Source: Desulfurellaceae bacterium (GTDB lineage Bacteria > Campylobacterota_A > Desulfurellia > JAGGSF01). Taken from it: 46,959 bases of DNA. Position numbers and translations under genes: made by a program. The stretch's first letter is position 1, and the number at the start of each line of letters is the position of its first letter. The stretch is taken from the NCBI GenBank assembly GCA_023128455.1, contig JAGMDW010000132.1:1-46959 (forward strand), written 5' to 3'. Positions 20,833 to 30,081 of the stretch are shown piece after piece. A model generated the notes under the pieces. The model was given only the letters and a program-made list of their open reading frames with translations. It did no database searches and was not told where the DNA came from.

Positions 20833-22020
20833 TTACTTTACCTCCTTTTTTTCATATTCCCACGGATCTAAGAATAAAGAGAAAATAATCATCAAGATAA
20901 ACGGTAGAAGCAAAAGGCAAATGCCTACACCTACACCTTCATGTGTTCCAAATACCTCTGAAAAATGGAATGTTCCGAGCAAACTACGAGAAAGTTCCTG
21001 TCCTCCTATAACCACATTCCATCTCATTAAAAGAACAGAACCCAAGACAAATAATGATGCGATGAGCATTAACCCTTGACGCAAGTGTCTTTTACTCCAT
21101 GGTAACACCCATACCAACAGTAAGAGAATGATAAATGGAACCCCTGAACCGATGATTGCTTGCCCCCACACATAACTGCCCATTAGTTCATTTCTTATGA
21201 GAGCGGCTACTGCCGGTGTTGCTTCTATATGTGCATAGAATATCTGTAATACTTCTAATGCCTCAAATACCAAATCAACGATAAGGAAACCGAATAAAAG
21301 ACTGATAAAGGCGTTTACAGTGCCTAACCGCATGGGTTCTTTTTTGATAAACACGCAGCAAATCCAGTACAGTATAAACATCATAGCTACACCAGAGACT
21401 ACCGCTGAAAGCAAAAATATAAATGGCATCAGTGCGGATGCCCACCAGTGATTTGCTTTTATTGAACCAAAGATAAATCCCACATATCCATGCAAGAAAC
21501 AGGCAGAAGGAATGCCGATAATAGCTAATGTATGAGTAACCTTGTGGACACCTTTCATTGCCTTTTCAGAAACATCGTGTGACCCTAATGTCAATATCCG
21601 CAAGACAAATCTACGCAACGATGGTTTTTTACTTTCTGCACCTTCTACGATTTTTTCTCTAAAATTGAACCATATTTCCAGGACTAATATGAACAAATAC
21701 CACAGGTATACGCCACCAAAACCAGCCATGGCAGAAGAAGGATTAGGGGTGCTGAACATTTCAAATCCTCTTAAGTGATGTGTTAAGTGAAATTCAAGAG
21801 GCAATACACAAACGATGAGAAAACCTAAGGAACAAAGGAGTGAAAGACGGGATACAGGTTTGAAGTGCTCATTACCAAATACCTCATAAAATGCTGAAAC
21901 AACAAATGCTCCAGCCACAAGACCTGTTATATAGGGATATATAACCAGCATAAAACTCCACTGTAACCAACCCTCATTGGGATAAATAAATCCTTGTACA
22001 AGACTTAAATCTACTGGCAT
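20833..22020 (-). CDS. NrfD/PsrC-family polytopic membrane subunit (quinone-interacting)
   Basis: 395 aa and highly hydrophobic, with many TM segments. Its position directly after a Tat Fe-S subunit (TAATG junction) is the canonical Fe-S/NrfD pairing. Confidence 0.82.
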   Translation of the reverse strand: MPVDLSLVQGFIYPNEGWLQWSFMLVIYPYITGLVAGAFVVSAFYEVFGNEHFKPVSRLSLLCSLGFLIVCVLPLEFHLTHHLRGFEMFSTPNPSSAMAGFGGVYLWYLFILVLEIWFNFREKIVEGAESKKPSLRRFVLRILTLGSHDVSEKAMKGVHKVTHTLAIIGIPSACFLHGYVGFIFGSIKANHWWASALMPFIFLLSAVVSGVAMMFILYWICCVFIKKEPMRLGTVNAFISLLFGFLIVDLVFEALEVLQIFYAHIEATPAVAALIRNELMGSYVWGQAIIGSGVPFIILLLLVWVLPWSKRHLRQGLMLIASLFVLGSVLLMRWNVVIGGQELSRSLLGTFHFSEVFGTHEGVGVGICLLLLPFILMIIFSLFLDPWEYEKKEVK

Positions 22021-22784
22021 TATCTCACCTCCGAATCAATACCAACATAGGCGACCTTCGCTTCACAACCCAGATCTGGTTTTAATGTAATAATCTTGTG
22101 CTCTTCAATGAATTTGTTTATTTCGCTATTTTCATCTTTTAGGTCACCGAATATTCTTGCCCCCACCGGACATGCTAAAACACAAGCCGGCTCCAATCCT
22201 TTGGTAATACGATGGTAACACCAGGTGCATTTATCCGCACATCCTGCTTCATCGTTCATATACCTTGCACCAAAAGGGCAAGCTGAAATACAGTATCTAC
22301 AACCAATGCAGTAATCATTATCTACTAAAACTACGCCATCTTTGGTTTGATATGTCGCTCCTACCGGACATACCTGGACACAAGGAGGAACTGCGCACTG
22401 ATTACAAAGCTTAGGCACGAAGAAAGCTTTTAAAACCTCTTCTTTCTTGTATTTGTCCGGAAAACTATTATATCCTCCATTTGGTGAATCAACCTTAGGT
22501 TTTTCTTCACCTTTAAGATGTGCATATCTTTCTACCCAACACCGAAAATGATATGGATCTTTTGGAACATCATTTTCCTCTTTACATGCTCTCACACACG
22601 ACCCACACCCTATACACTTTGTAGAATCTATACCAAAACCCCAATAGTGCTTATTCCAATCGTATCCGTTTAACCAATCCTTTTCTTCTTTTGCATTTAC
22701 AGGAGAAGGTTTCAATACAGTGAGATAAACACCAGCGGCTAAAGTAACTGTTCCTGTTGCTTTTATAAAATCTCGTCTTTTCAT
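22020..22784 (-). CDS. Tat-exported four-cluster Fe-S subunit (NrfC/DmsB/PsrB/DsrO/ActB2-like)
   Basis: Twin-arginine signal MKRRDFIKATG. Four Cys groups: CIGCGSCVRAC, CNQCAVPPCVQVCP, CIGCRYCISACP, CTWC...CVLACP. The ORF-track start at 22790 is a GTG. The ATG at 22784 has GGAGG 5 nt upstream and is preferred. Confidence 0.9.
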   Translation of the reverse strand: MKRRDFIKATGTVTLAAGVYLTVLKPSPVNAKEEKDWLNGYDWNKHYWGFGIDSTKCIGCGSCVRACKEENDVPKDPYHFRCWVERYAHLKGEEKPKVDSPNGGYNSFPDKYKKEEVLKAFFVPKLCNQCAVPPCVQVCPVGATYQTKDGVVLVDNDYCIGCRYCISACPFGARYMNDEAGCADKCTWCYHRITKGLEPACVLACPVGARIFGDLKDENSEINKFIEEHKIITLKPDLGCEAKVAYVGIDSEVR

Positions 22785-22794
22785 TTTCACCTCC

Positions 22795-23271
22795 TCATTT
22801 ATAATACGCAGGTTTATGAGTGTTTGTATGACAGATTGTGCATGTCATGCCGGGAAAATGTGCATTTTCACCCTTTAATGTTATTTGTGGCATATCCTTC
22901 GGCTTTGAAGGCAACATTTCATGACAGTACATACACTGTTTGGTTACATCTGGCGGTATCTTGCAACCGTGAGAAAGAATAACGCCTTCCTTGGGACGAG
23001 CTACTCCAAGCCCATGACAGGCTCCACACTGCAAATCCCTATGAGCGCTTGATGGCTCAGTAGAACACAAATCATTGTATTCCTGCTCGTGACAGGTTTG
23101 ACAGGTTTCCTTTCCTATGAATTTTGTTTCCTTCGATAGTTGTTTGGATAGGTTAGCTGCCCTATAGTGTCCATACACATTAAAACTTGGTGGTTCGGTA
23201 GCATATTTTACTACTATATAAGCTACAACGCAGATAAGTGCAATCAAAAGGAGCCTTCCTGTAAAGCTCAT
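22795..23271 (-). CDS. Membrane-anchored tetrahaem cytochrome c (158 aa)
   Basis: One N-terminal TM helix (LLLIALICVVAYIVV). Four CxxCH motifs: CQTCH, CGACH, CMYCH, CTICH. GGAAGGAGG 5 nt before the ATG. Confidence 0.88.
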   Translation of the reverse strand: MSFTGRLLLIALICVVAYIVVKYATEPPSFNVYGHYRAANLSKQLSKETKFIGKETCQTCHEQEYNDLCSTEPSSAHRDLQCGACHGLGVARPKEGVILSHGCKIPPDVTKQCMYCHEMLPSKPKDMPQITLKGENAHFPGMTCTICHTNTHKPAYYK

Positions 23272-23301
23272 TCTAACCTCCTTCCTTATAAAATTAGATA
23301 C

Positions 23302-23330
23302 AGTATAGACAAAATATCAATACTTGTAAA
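23302..23330 (-). promoter_or_regulatory. Predicted sigma70-type promoter of the cytochrome/Fe-S/NrfD operon, TTTACA-17 nt-TATACT
   Basis: The minus strand reads TTTACAAGTATTGATATTTTGTCTATACT. The -35 is at 23330-23325 and the -10 at 23307-23302, about 30 nt upstream of the ATG at 23271. Confidence 0.4.
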
Positions 23331-23336
23331 CAAAAA

Positions 23337-24023
23337 TTAAACCCATTTTTTTAGCTTTTGTTTTGCCTTTTTCACCTCCTCTTCATTTATTGAACTTATT
23401 TTTACAAAAACATTGCCATTTCTACCATAAGAACCAACCCTCACATTATATCTTTTTAGAGTTTCTTTAATAGCAAATATAATTTGCGATTCTTTTTTTT
23501 CTGTCTTCAACCACTCTGTATATATCTTTTCCCCTTGAAAACATCCTTTTATCTTTTCAAACATAGCTTTCATCTCTTTGGGCACGCCAGGCAAAACAAA
23601 TATTCTATCTTCAACGATAAAGCCAGGAGCTACACCCACATCATTTTCTATGAGACTGCACCCCTCAGGTAAATCTGCCATTTTTAGCACATTTTCTATT
23701 CTTGCCTTTTCTTTTATGCCCTTTTCTCTTATTTTTTCTTTTATTGTTTGTTCGGCGATTTTGTCTCTTACAATCTTTTTATTCAAGGCCTGCGCTACGG
23801 CTTCTCTGGTCTTATCATCAGGAGTAGGACCCAATCCACCGGTTATAATAATCTTGCCTCGGTAATTTTGAATTTCATCGGCAACTATAGAAACATCATC
23901 AGGTAAGGTAACAATCTTTTCCGGAATACTGCCTAAATCTGTCAATTTCTTTGCCAGATAGGTAGCATTCGTGTTTTCTATATCTCCGGCCAAAAGCTCA
24001 TCGCCGATACACATTATCACCAT
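23337..24023 (-). CDS. CinA-N-terminal-type / MoCF-binding domain protein (COG1058-like), short form
   Basis: 228 aa with GDELLAGDIENTNATYLAKKL...ITGGLGPTPDDKT...LPGVPKEM. No C-terminal CinA deamidase domain. Confidence 0.75.
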   Translation of the reverse strand: MVIMCIGDELLAGDIENTNATYLAKKLTDLGSIPEKIVTLPDDVSIVADEIQNYRGKIIITGGLGPTPDDKTREAVAQALNKKIVRDKIAEQTIKEKIREKGIKEKARIENVLKMADLPEGCSLIENDVGVAPGFIVEDRIFVLPGVPKEMKAMFEKIKGCFQGEKIYTEWLKTEKKESQIIFAIKETLKRYNVRVGSYGRNGNVFVKISSINEEEVKKAKQKLKKWV

Positions 24024-24546
24024 CTCTCCTGCCTTTCAGAAATATGTTCTTATTCTCCTCTATAGATTTTGTAAAAACCTTTCCAATTGAAGATAACCAT
24101 ATATTTTCCTCAAATGGCAATAGAGGAGAAACAAAACCCGTCATATATGTATTTAAAAAATACATATTTTTGATATTTGTGCAATCAACAATTGTAAACC
24201 CTTTTTTCTGTAAATCTTGCTCTATATCTTCCGGATAATTAGAATCTGCTAATTTTATCTTCATATTTGACGATATAGCAATACCCTCTTTTTTTAAATA
24301 TTTTAAGTATCTTAAGGCTTCTAACATCTCAAAGGAAAGAAGAATGTCGCTTTTACCCATTGGCACTGTTGGTGAATATACCTTATGTGAAAATCTCACG
24401 AAGGTGATTACACTGCCTCCTCTCTGTGCCATACCGTGAACTTCAGACTTTTTTACATCAAAATTAGATAACATTGCGCAAATAGAGATAAGTTCGCCTG
24501 TTTTTAGGATTCCCTGTCCTCCCACACCACAGATTACGACATTCAT
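23998..24546 (-). CDS. iorB: Indolepyruvate:ferredoxin oxidoreductase, beta subunit
   Basis: MNVVICGVGGQGILKTGELI...GMAQRGGSV. The ATG at 24546 forms an ATGA overlap with the iorA stop. The longer ORF-track start at 24579 is unlikely. Confidence 0.88.
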   Translation of the reverse strand: MNVVICGVGGQGILKTGELISICAMLSNFDVKKSEVHGMAQRGGSVITFVRFSHKVYSPTVPMGKSDILLSFEMLEALRYLKYLKKEGIAISSNMKIKLADSNYPEDIEQDLQKKGFTIVDCTNIKNMYFLNTYMTGFVSPLLPFEENIWLSSIGKVFTKSIEENKNIFLKGRRDGDNVYRR

Positions 24547-26228
24547 TCTATCGCTCCAAATGGACAGACTTGTTTGCATAAGTTACATCCATTGCAGAGA
24601 GAAGAAATAATATCCATTTTATCTCCCTTTTTTTGTATGGCTGGACACCCCAACGAAAGACATACATTACACCCCGTGCATTTCTCAGCATTGACATGTA
24701 ATGATTCTTTTTTTTCTACTATCAATGCACAAGGAGCACGGGCAATGATAACCGAGATATCATTTCTTTCAATTTCTTCTGAAGTAGTTTTTTTTAATTC
24801 TTTTAGATCAAAAGGGTTAACAATTCTTATATGCTCTACCCCACAGGCTTCTACTATGTCCTCTATGGGAATTTTCTGGGTTTCTCTTCCCTTTGCATCT
24901 TTTCCTGTTCCCGGATGTGGTTGATGTCCAGTCATTGCAGTGGTCATATTATCCAGGATAATGATGGTATCCGTTCCCTTATTGTAAACGCTATTTAAAA
25001 CACCAGTAATACCGGAGTGATAAAAGGTAGAATCACCAATTACAGCCACCGCTTTTTTGTCGTTTAATTTAGAAAAGGCATGAAGAGCATTTATTCCCGC
25101 TCCCATGCATAGAATAAAATCCATACTATCCAACGGCGGAAGCACTGCTAAACTATAACATCCTATATCTCCCAAAACCGTAAGCTTTAATTTATGTAAA
25201 ATATAAAATATGCCCCTATGCGGACACCCAGGACAGAGAACAGGAGGCCGAGCAGGCACATCTATACTTTTGGGAATTTCTTCATTTAATATTTCTTTCT
25301 TTAATCTTTCTACATTCATCTCAAATGAGCCAGATATAGTTTGGACATTTAACCCCATTGCTTTTATCTGTTCTCCTATAAATGGATCTACCTCTTCTAC
25401 AACATACACCTTATCTACGGAACGACAGAACTGTTCTATTTTTTTTCGGGGTAGAGGAAAAGACATTGTAATCTTTAAGATAGATGCATCTTCAAATGCC
25501 TCCCTGGCATAATTATAAGACACACCACAGGTAATAATTCCCAATTTTTTTGACCTCATCTCTGTTTTGTTGTAAGAAAAATTATCTGAAAAATCTCTTA
25601 ATTTATCTAATCTCTCCATCATTCTTATCTTCATTTTCCTGGCGTAGGCAGGTATAGCTGCATACTTTTGTGAGTCTTTTTTATATAATTTTTTAAATTC
25701 TGTGCGTTTGCCTTTAAGATTCACAACACATTTAGAATGAGATAATCTAGTTGTAATCCTTAAAAGAATGGGAGTATCAAATTCTTCCGATAGATCAAAT
25801 AATAATTTTGTGAGTTCGTATGCTTCCTGGCTGTCAGATGGTTCAAACAGTGGTATTTTTGCAGATAGAGCATACCAACGGTTGTCCTGTTCGTTTTGCG
25901 AGGAATGCATATTGGGATCATCTGCTGAAACTATTACTAACCCTCCATTTACACCAGTATAAGAAAGTGTCATTAGGGGATCCGCTGCAACATTCAGTCC
26001 CACATGCTTACTGGTATAAAGAGACCTGACACCGGAAAGAGAAGCGCCTATTACACATTCCAACGCCACTTTCTCATTGACTGCCCATTCTGTTTCTATC
26101 TCTTTAAATGTAGAAAGTGTTTCTAATATCTCTGTGGATGGTGTGCCGGGATAAGATGAGGCATATCTTATGCCTGCTTCATAACTACCGTATGCAATAG
26201 ATTCATTACCAGATAAGAAACTGCGCAT
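24543..26228 (-). CDS. iorA: Indolepyruvate:ferredoxin oxidoreductase, alpha subunit
   Basis: 561 aa. GNESIAYGSYEAG...YPGTPSTEI, TPP-binding GDSTFYHSG, and a C-terminal 2x[4Fe-4S] ferredoxin motif CTGCNVC...CP / CNGCNLCKQVCP. Confidence 0.92.
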   Translation of the reverse strand: MRSFLSGNESIAYGSYEAGIRYASSYPGTPSTEILETLSTFKEIETEWAVNEKVALECVIGASLSGVRSLYTSKHVGLNVAADPLMTLSYTGVNGGLVIVSADDPNMHSSQNEQDNRWYALSAKIPLFEPSDSQEAYELTKLLFDLSEEFDTPILLRITTRLSHSKCVVNLKGKRTEFKKLYKKDSQKYAAIPAYARKMKIRMMERLDKLRDFSDNFSYNKTEMRSKKLGIITCGVSYNYAREAFEDASILKITMSFPLPRKKIEQFCRSVDKVYVVEEVDPFIGEQIKAMGLNVQTISGSFEMNVERLKKEILNEEIPKSIDVPARPPVLCPGCPHRGIFYILHKLKLTVLGDIGCYSLAVLPPLDSMDFILCMGAGINALHAFSKLNDKKAVAVIGDSTFYHSGITGVLNSVYNKGTDTIIILDNMTTAMTGHQPHPGTGKDAKGRETQKIPIEDIVEACGVEHIRIVNPFDLKELKKTTSEEIERNDISVIIARAPCALIVEKKESLHVNAEKCTGCNVCLSLGCPAIQKKGDKMDIISSLCNGCNLCKQVCPFGAIE

Positions 26229-26260
26229 CTTTGCTCATGGTAGCTTTTCTCATAAAAAAG

Positions 26261-27301
26261 TCAATTGTCTTTTTCTTCTAAAAATTTAATGATGCCCTCT
26301 GAGATGCCTTCAGCAATACATCTCCTGTATTTTTTTCTTGAAAGGAGTTGCGCATCTGAGGGATTTGTCACAAACAACGTTTCCACCAATATACTGGGCA
26401 TACGGGCATCCACTAAAACATAGAAAGGAGCTTGTTTTACACCGATGTTTTGAGATGCACCATGCAATTCTCTGACAATATCTTTCTGCACATAATAAGC
26501 AAGTTTTTTTGATATATTGAGCTTTGCACTTTGTATTAAAGAAAGTATTATCTTGTTTATATCACCCATCTTTTCGACGGGCACATTATTTTCGCGGGCT
26601 GCAATCTGTATTGCCCTCTTATCGGATGTTGCATTCAATATCCAGGTAGATGTACCTCTCACCTTTTTATTATTCCAAGCATTACAATGAATAGAGACAA
26701 ACACATCTGCGCCTTTCTCATTGGCAATGTGCGCCCTTTTGGAAAGTGGGATAAAAACATCTGTTTTTCGGGTAAGGTATACATTTACGCCTCTCCTGGA
26801 AAGTTTCTTCTTTACTTCCTTTGCAATCTTTAAAACAATATCCTTTTCCCTTATCCCCTTAATTCCTATCGCTCCGGGATCTTTTCCTCCATGTCCAGGA
26901 TCAACAACTACTGTGTATTTTTTTGTTTTTTTCGGAGAAATAACAATTATTTGCCGAAACCTCCGCTTGGCAAACTTTGTCACCCAATTCTCCGGATAAT
27001 CTTTGATTAAGAGGTTTAAGGCTTTTATCCTTTCACTCTTATAATATGACAGTTTGTACCTCTTATACAAATTATTAAAGATGCATGCTCTTCTATAGAC
27101 AGATATAGGTGCATATTTGGTTTTTGAATAATTTTCATATAGATATTTGTATTCATTAGCTACCTTTAAGAGTTCTTCCTTGTTAAAATTGTATGTATAA
27201 TATGTTTCTCTATAGGATGCACTTTCATAGAGCGATTCTGCCCCTCTGTAGGTGAACGAAATACACAAGATGACGAGAAAGAGAAATAATATTTTCTTCA
27301 T
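26261..27301 (-). CDS. N-acetylmuramoyl-L-alanine amidase (Amidase_3 family) with N-terminal extra domain
   Basis: 346 aa. Signal peptide, then VVVDPGHGGKDPGAIG...VSIHCNA...ETLFVTNPSD. Confidence 0.88.
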   Translation of the reverse strand: MKKILFLFLVILCISFTYRGAESLYESASYRETYYTYNFNKEELLKVANEYKYLYENYSKTKYAPISVYRRACIFNNLYKRYKLSYYKSERIKALNLLIKDYPENWVTKFAKRRFRQIIVISPKKTKKYTVVVDPGHGGKDPGAIGIKGIREKDIVLKIAKEVKKKLSRRGVNVYLTRKTDVFIPLSKRAHIANEKGADVFVSIHCNAWNNKKVRGTSTWILNATSDKRAIQIAARENNVPVEKMGDINKIILSLIQSAKLNISKKLAYYVQKDIVRELHGASQNIGVKQAPFYVLVDARMPSILVETLFVTNPSDAQLLSRKKYRRCIAEGISEGIIKFLEEKDN

Positions 27302-27344
27302 AATAGATTGAATTATATTTTATTTTTATTATCTTTCAAATGTA

Positions 27345-27752
27345 ATGAGGATGCTGGGCATAGATTACGGAGATAAAAGAGTAGGTATTGCGGTAAGTGA
27401 TTCTATGAATATAATAGCTACGGGTTTTGAAATCTGGAAAAACGAGAAGGGTTTATATAAAAAGATTGAAACGATGGTAAAGGAATATGATGTGGGGACG
27501 GTTGTTGTGGGTATGCCCATTAATATGGATGGCACTAGGGGCTATCGAGCAGAAATTACCTCAGCATTTGTAGAGAAATTAAAAAAAATCCTGAGAGGAA
27601 TAAAGATAACAACCTGGGATGAAAGACTTTCCACGAGTTTTTCTCTAAAAATTCTATCTGAAGCATCAGTTAAGGGAAGAAAGAAAAAAAAGACTGTCGA
27701 TAAAATAGCAGCTGCATTTATACTCCAGGGCTTTTTAGATTCTATCAAATGA
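27345..27752 (+). CDS. ruvX: YqgF/RuvX putative pre-16S rRNA nuclease (Holliday-junction-resolvase-like)
   Basis: 135 aa with LGIDYGDKRVGIAVSD...VVVGMPINMDGT...DERLST. The start could be the ATG at 27345 or 27351. Confidence 0.9.
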   Translation: MRMLGIDYGDKRVGIAVSDSMNIIATGFEIWKNEKGLYKKIETMVKEYDVGTVVVGMPINMDGTRGYRAEITSAFVEKLKKILRGIKITTWDERLSTSFSLKILSEASVKGRKKKKTVDKIAAAFILQGFLDSIK

Positions 27753-28753
27753 AGATAAATGTAAAGAAACTATTAATCGCAAACTTTATTTTATATGCCC
27801 TAATCTTAGCAATAATAATCTGTATCTTTATTTCCTTTAATCATTATCTGCATTCCCCTGCATCTTTAAAAGAGGAGGTAAAGTATGTGTCTATAGATAA
27901 AGGAGAAGAAATAAAAGATATCATAAGAAAATTGCATAAAGAAAAAATTATAAAAAAGGCAGACTGGTTTTACTATTATGTCATTTTGAGTGGTATATCT
28001 AAAAAGATAAAAGCAGGGATGCATAAGTTTTCCACACATTTAACCCCTAAACAAGTAGGAATGGAGCTTGTATCTTCTAAAGTTCCTGTCATAAAGGTAA
28101 CCATACCTGAAGGTTATACCATAAAACAGATTGCTCAGGTTTTAGACAGCTCTCATATAATAAAAAAAGAAAGGTTTTTAGAAACTTGTAATAATAAGGA
28201 ATTTGTCCACAGCCTTTACATAAATGGAACATCTTTAGAAGGATTTCTATTTCCAGATACTTATCTCTTTTATTGTGGGGAGGAGGCAAAGGATATAATT
28301 AGAACAATGGTAAATCAATTCAATGAGGTATACGATGTGATATCCCCATCTAAAAATATAGATAGATACAAAGTTTTAAGGATAGCCTCTATTGTGGAAA
28401 AAGAAACAGCCAAAGATGAGGAAAAACCGATGGTTGCTGCCGTTATATATAACAGGGTAAAGAAAGGCATAAAATTGTGCATGGATTCAACGGTAATTTA
28501 CGGATTATCAAACTTTGATGGAAACTTAAAAAAGGAGGACTTGACAAAATCCACACCTTATAACACTTACCTATTTTATGGACTTCCCCCCACTCCTATC
28601 TGCAATCCCGGCAAAAAGTCTCTAATTGCCGCCCTCCATCCTGCAAGTGTGGATTATCTCTACTTTGTTTCTAAAAATGACGGAACACATATATTTTCCA
28701 AAAACTTAAAAGAACATGGAATATGGGTAAACAAATATCAAAAGAAAATCTGA
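27749..28753 (+). CDS. mltG: Endolytic murein transglycosylase MltG (YceG family)
   Basis: 334 aa. N-terminal TM helix, then IPEGYTIKQIA...LEGFLFPDTY...ASIVEKET...YNTY...LPPTPICNPG. ATGA overlap with ruvX. Confidence 0.92.
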   Translation: MKINVKKLLIANFILYALILAIIICIFISFNHYLHSPASLKEEVKYVSIDKGEEIKDIIRKLHKEKIIKKADWFYYYVILSGISKKIKAGMHKFSTHLTPKQVGMELVSSKVPVIKVTIPEGYTIKQIAQVLDSSHIIKKERFLETCNNKEFVHSLYINGTSLEGFLFPDTYLFYCGEEAKDIIRTMVNQFNEVYDVISPSKNIDRYKVLRIASIVEKETAKDEEKPMVAAVIYNRVKKGIKLCMDSTVIYGLSNFDGNLKKEDLTKSTPYNTYLFYGLPPTPICNPGKKSLIAALHPASVDYLYFVSKNDGTHIFSKNLKEHGIWVNKYQKKI

Positions 28754-30081
28754 AATACTATATAAAAACATTCGGTTGTCAGATGAATGAGCGAGATTCA
28801 GAAAAAATGGCAGCAGCCCTTGAGAATAAAGGCTTTTCACCTTCCCTTCCTCAAGACGCAGACATTCTAATGGTAAATAGCTGTGCAGTGAGAGAAAAGG
28901 CTGAACAGAAGTTATATAGTTTTATCGGTCGTCTCTGTCTCGAGAAAAAGAAGGATGCGAAACTCATTGTTTGCGGCTGTGTTGTTCAATACAAGGGAAA
29001 AGAAATATTGAACAGATTTAAAGATGTAAATGCTGTTTTGAATACGCGGAGAATAGAAGATTTTGAACAGGTTTTAAAAGATGTATTGAATGGGAAAAGA
29101 ATAATGTATATTCCCTCAATAATGCGCAACCCTAACAAAATATTACCCCACTTAAAAAATAGGACAGGTGCCTTTGTGGACATTACCTATGGTTGTAACA
29201 ATTTTTGTTCCTATTGCATTGTTCCTTATACCAGAGGGAAGGAAATCAGTAGGGAGAAAGAATACATCATAAAAGAGATAAGAATGTTAACTCAAGGTGG
29301 GGTTAAAGAGATAACACTGTTGGGGCAAAATGTAAATTCTTACGGAAAAGGACTCTATAAGAATTATAACTTTGTTGATCTTTTATACGATATTAGCAAA
29401 TTTGATGATATACAGAGAATAAGATTTGTTACATCTCATCCTAAGGACTTCTCATGTTCTCTCATCTTAGCAATTAAAGAAATAGATAAGGTTTGCAAAC
29501 ATATTCATTTGCCTGTTCAGAGTGGTTCAAATAGAATATTAGAGTTGATGAGAAGAAAATATACAAGGGAGGAATATATAGAAAAAGCATTGCTCTTTAA
29601 AGAAACAACAAAAGGAAGTATCACCACAGATATCATTATTGGATTTCCTACGGAAACGGATTATGATTTTGAACAAACGATGGATATGCTGAGAAAAATA
29701 CGATTCGATTTCTCCTTTTCCTTTAAATATTCACCAAGACCTTTTACAGCCGCTGCTTCTACGAAGGAAAGAGTGCCGAAGGAAACAAAGGAAAAAAGAT
29801 TAGAGAAATTTCAAAATTTACAGGAAAAAATTACATGGGAAAGCAACTTAAGGGATGTGGGAAAGATATTTAATGTTTTGGTGGAAGGAGATGCTAAAAG
29901 AGGCGCTCTTCTCACAGGCAGAACAACAACAAACAAGATAGTAAATTTTTCAGGAGAGGCAAAAAAAGGAAAAATAGTTAAAGTCGTTATTCAGGAGGCA
30001 AAAAAACATAGTCTGCAGGGAAACATGGAGGACAGTTATGGTAAGTTTGAAAATCAAAGATGTGGATTTTTACGGAGATAA
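28723..30081 (+). CDS. miaB: tRNA-2-methylthio-N6-dimethylallyladenosine synthase (radical SAM methylthiotransferase)
   Basis: 452 aa. YIKTFGCQMNERDSE, radical-SAM CNNFCSYC, and a C-terminal TRAM domain. Confidence 0.93.
   Translation: MGKQISKENLKYYIKTFGCQMNERDSEKMAAALENKGFSPSLPQDADILMVNSCAVREKAEQKLYSFIGRLCLEKKKDAKLIVCGCVVQYKGKEILNRFKDVNAVLNTRRIEDFEQVLKDVLNGKRIMYIPSIMRNPNKILPHLKNRTGAFVDITYGCNNFCSYCIVPYTRGKEISREKEYIIKEIRMLTQGGVKEITLLGQNVNSYGKGLYKNYNFVDLLYDISKFDDIQRIRFVTSHPKDFSCSLILAIKEIDKVCKHIHLPVQSGSNRILELMRRKYTREEYIEKALLFKETTKGSITTDIIIGFPTETDYDFEQTMDMLRKIRFDFSFSFKYSPRPFTAAASTKERVPKETKEKRLEKFQNLQEKITWESNLRDVGKIFNVLVEGDAKRGALLTGRTTTNKIVNFSGEAKKGKIVKVVIQEAKKHSLQGNMEDSYGKFENQRCGFLRR

Noticed and set aside
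20526-23271. The cytochrome/Fe-S/NrfD genes as dsrJOP of the DsrMKJOP sulfite-reduction complex, or as nrfBCD.
   Set aside because: There is no dsrM/dsrK or nrfA nearby. The cytochrome has four CxxCH motifs rather than the three of DsrJ or the five of NrfB. An extra monohaem cytochrome c follows the NrfD-like gene. It is kept as an unassigned module in the findings.
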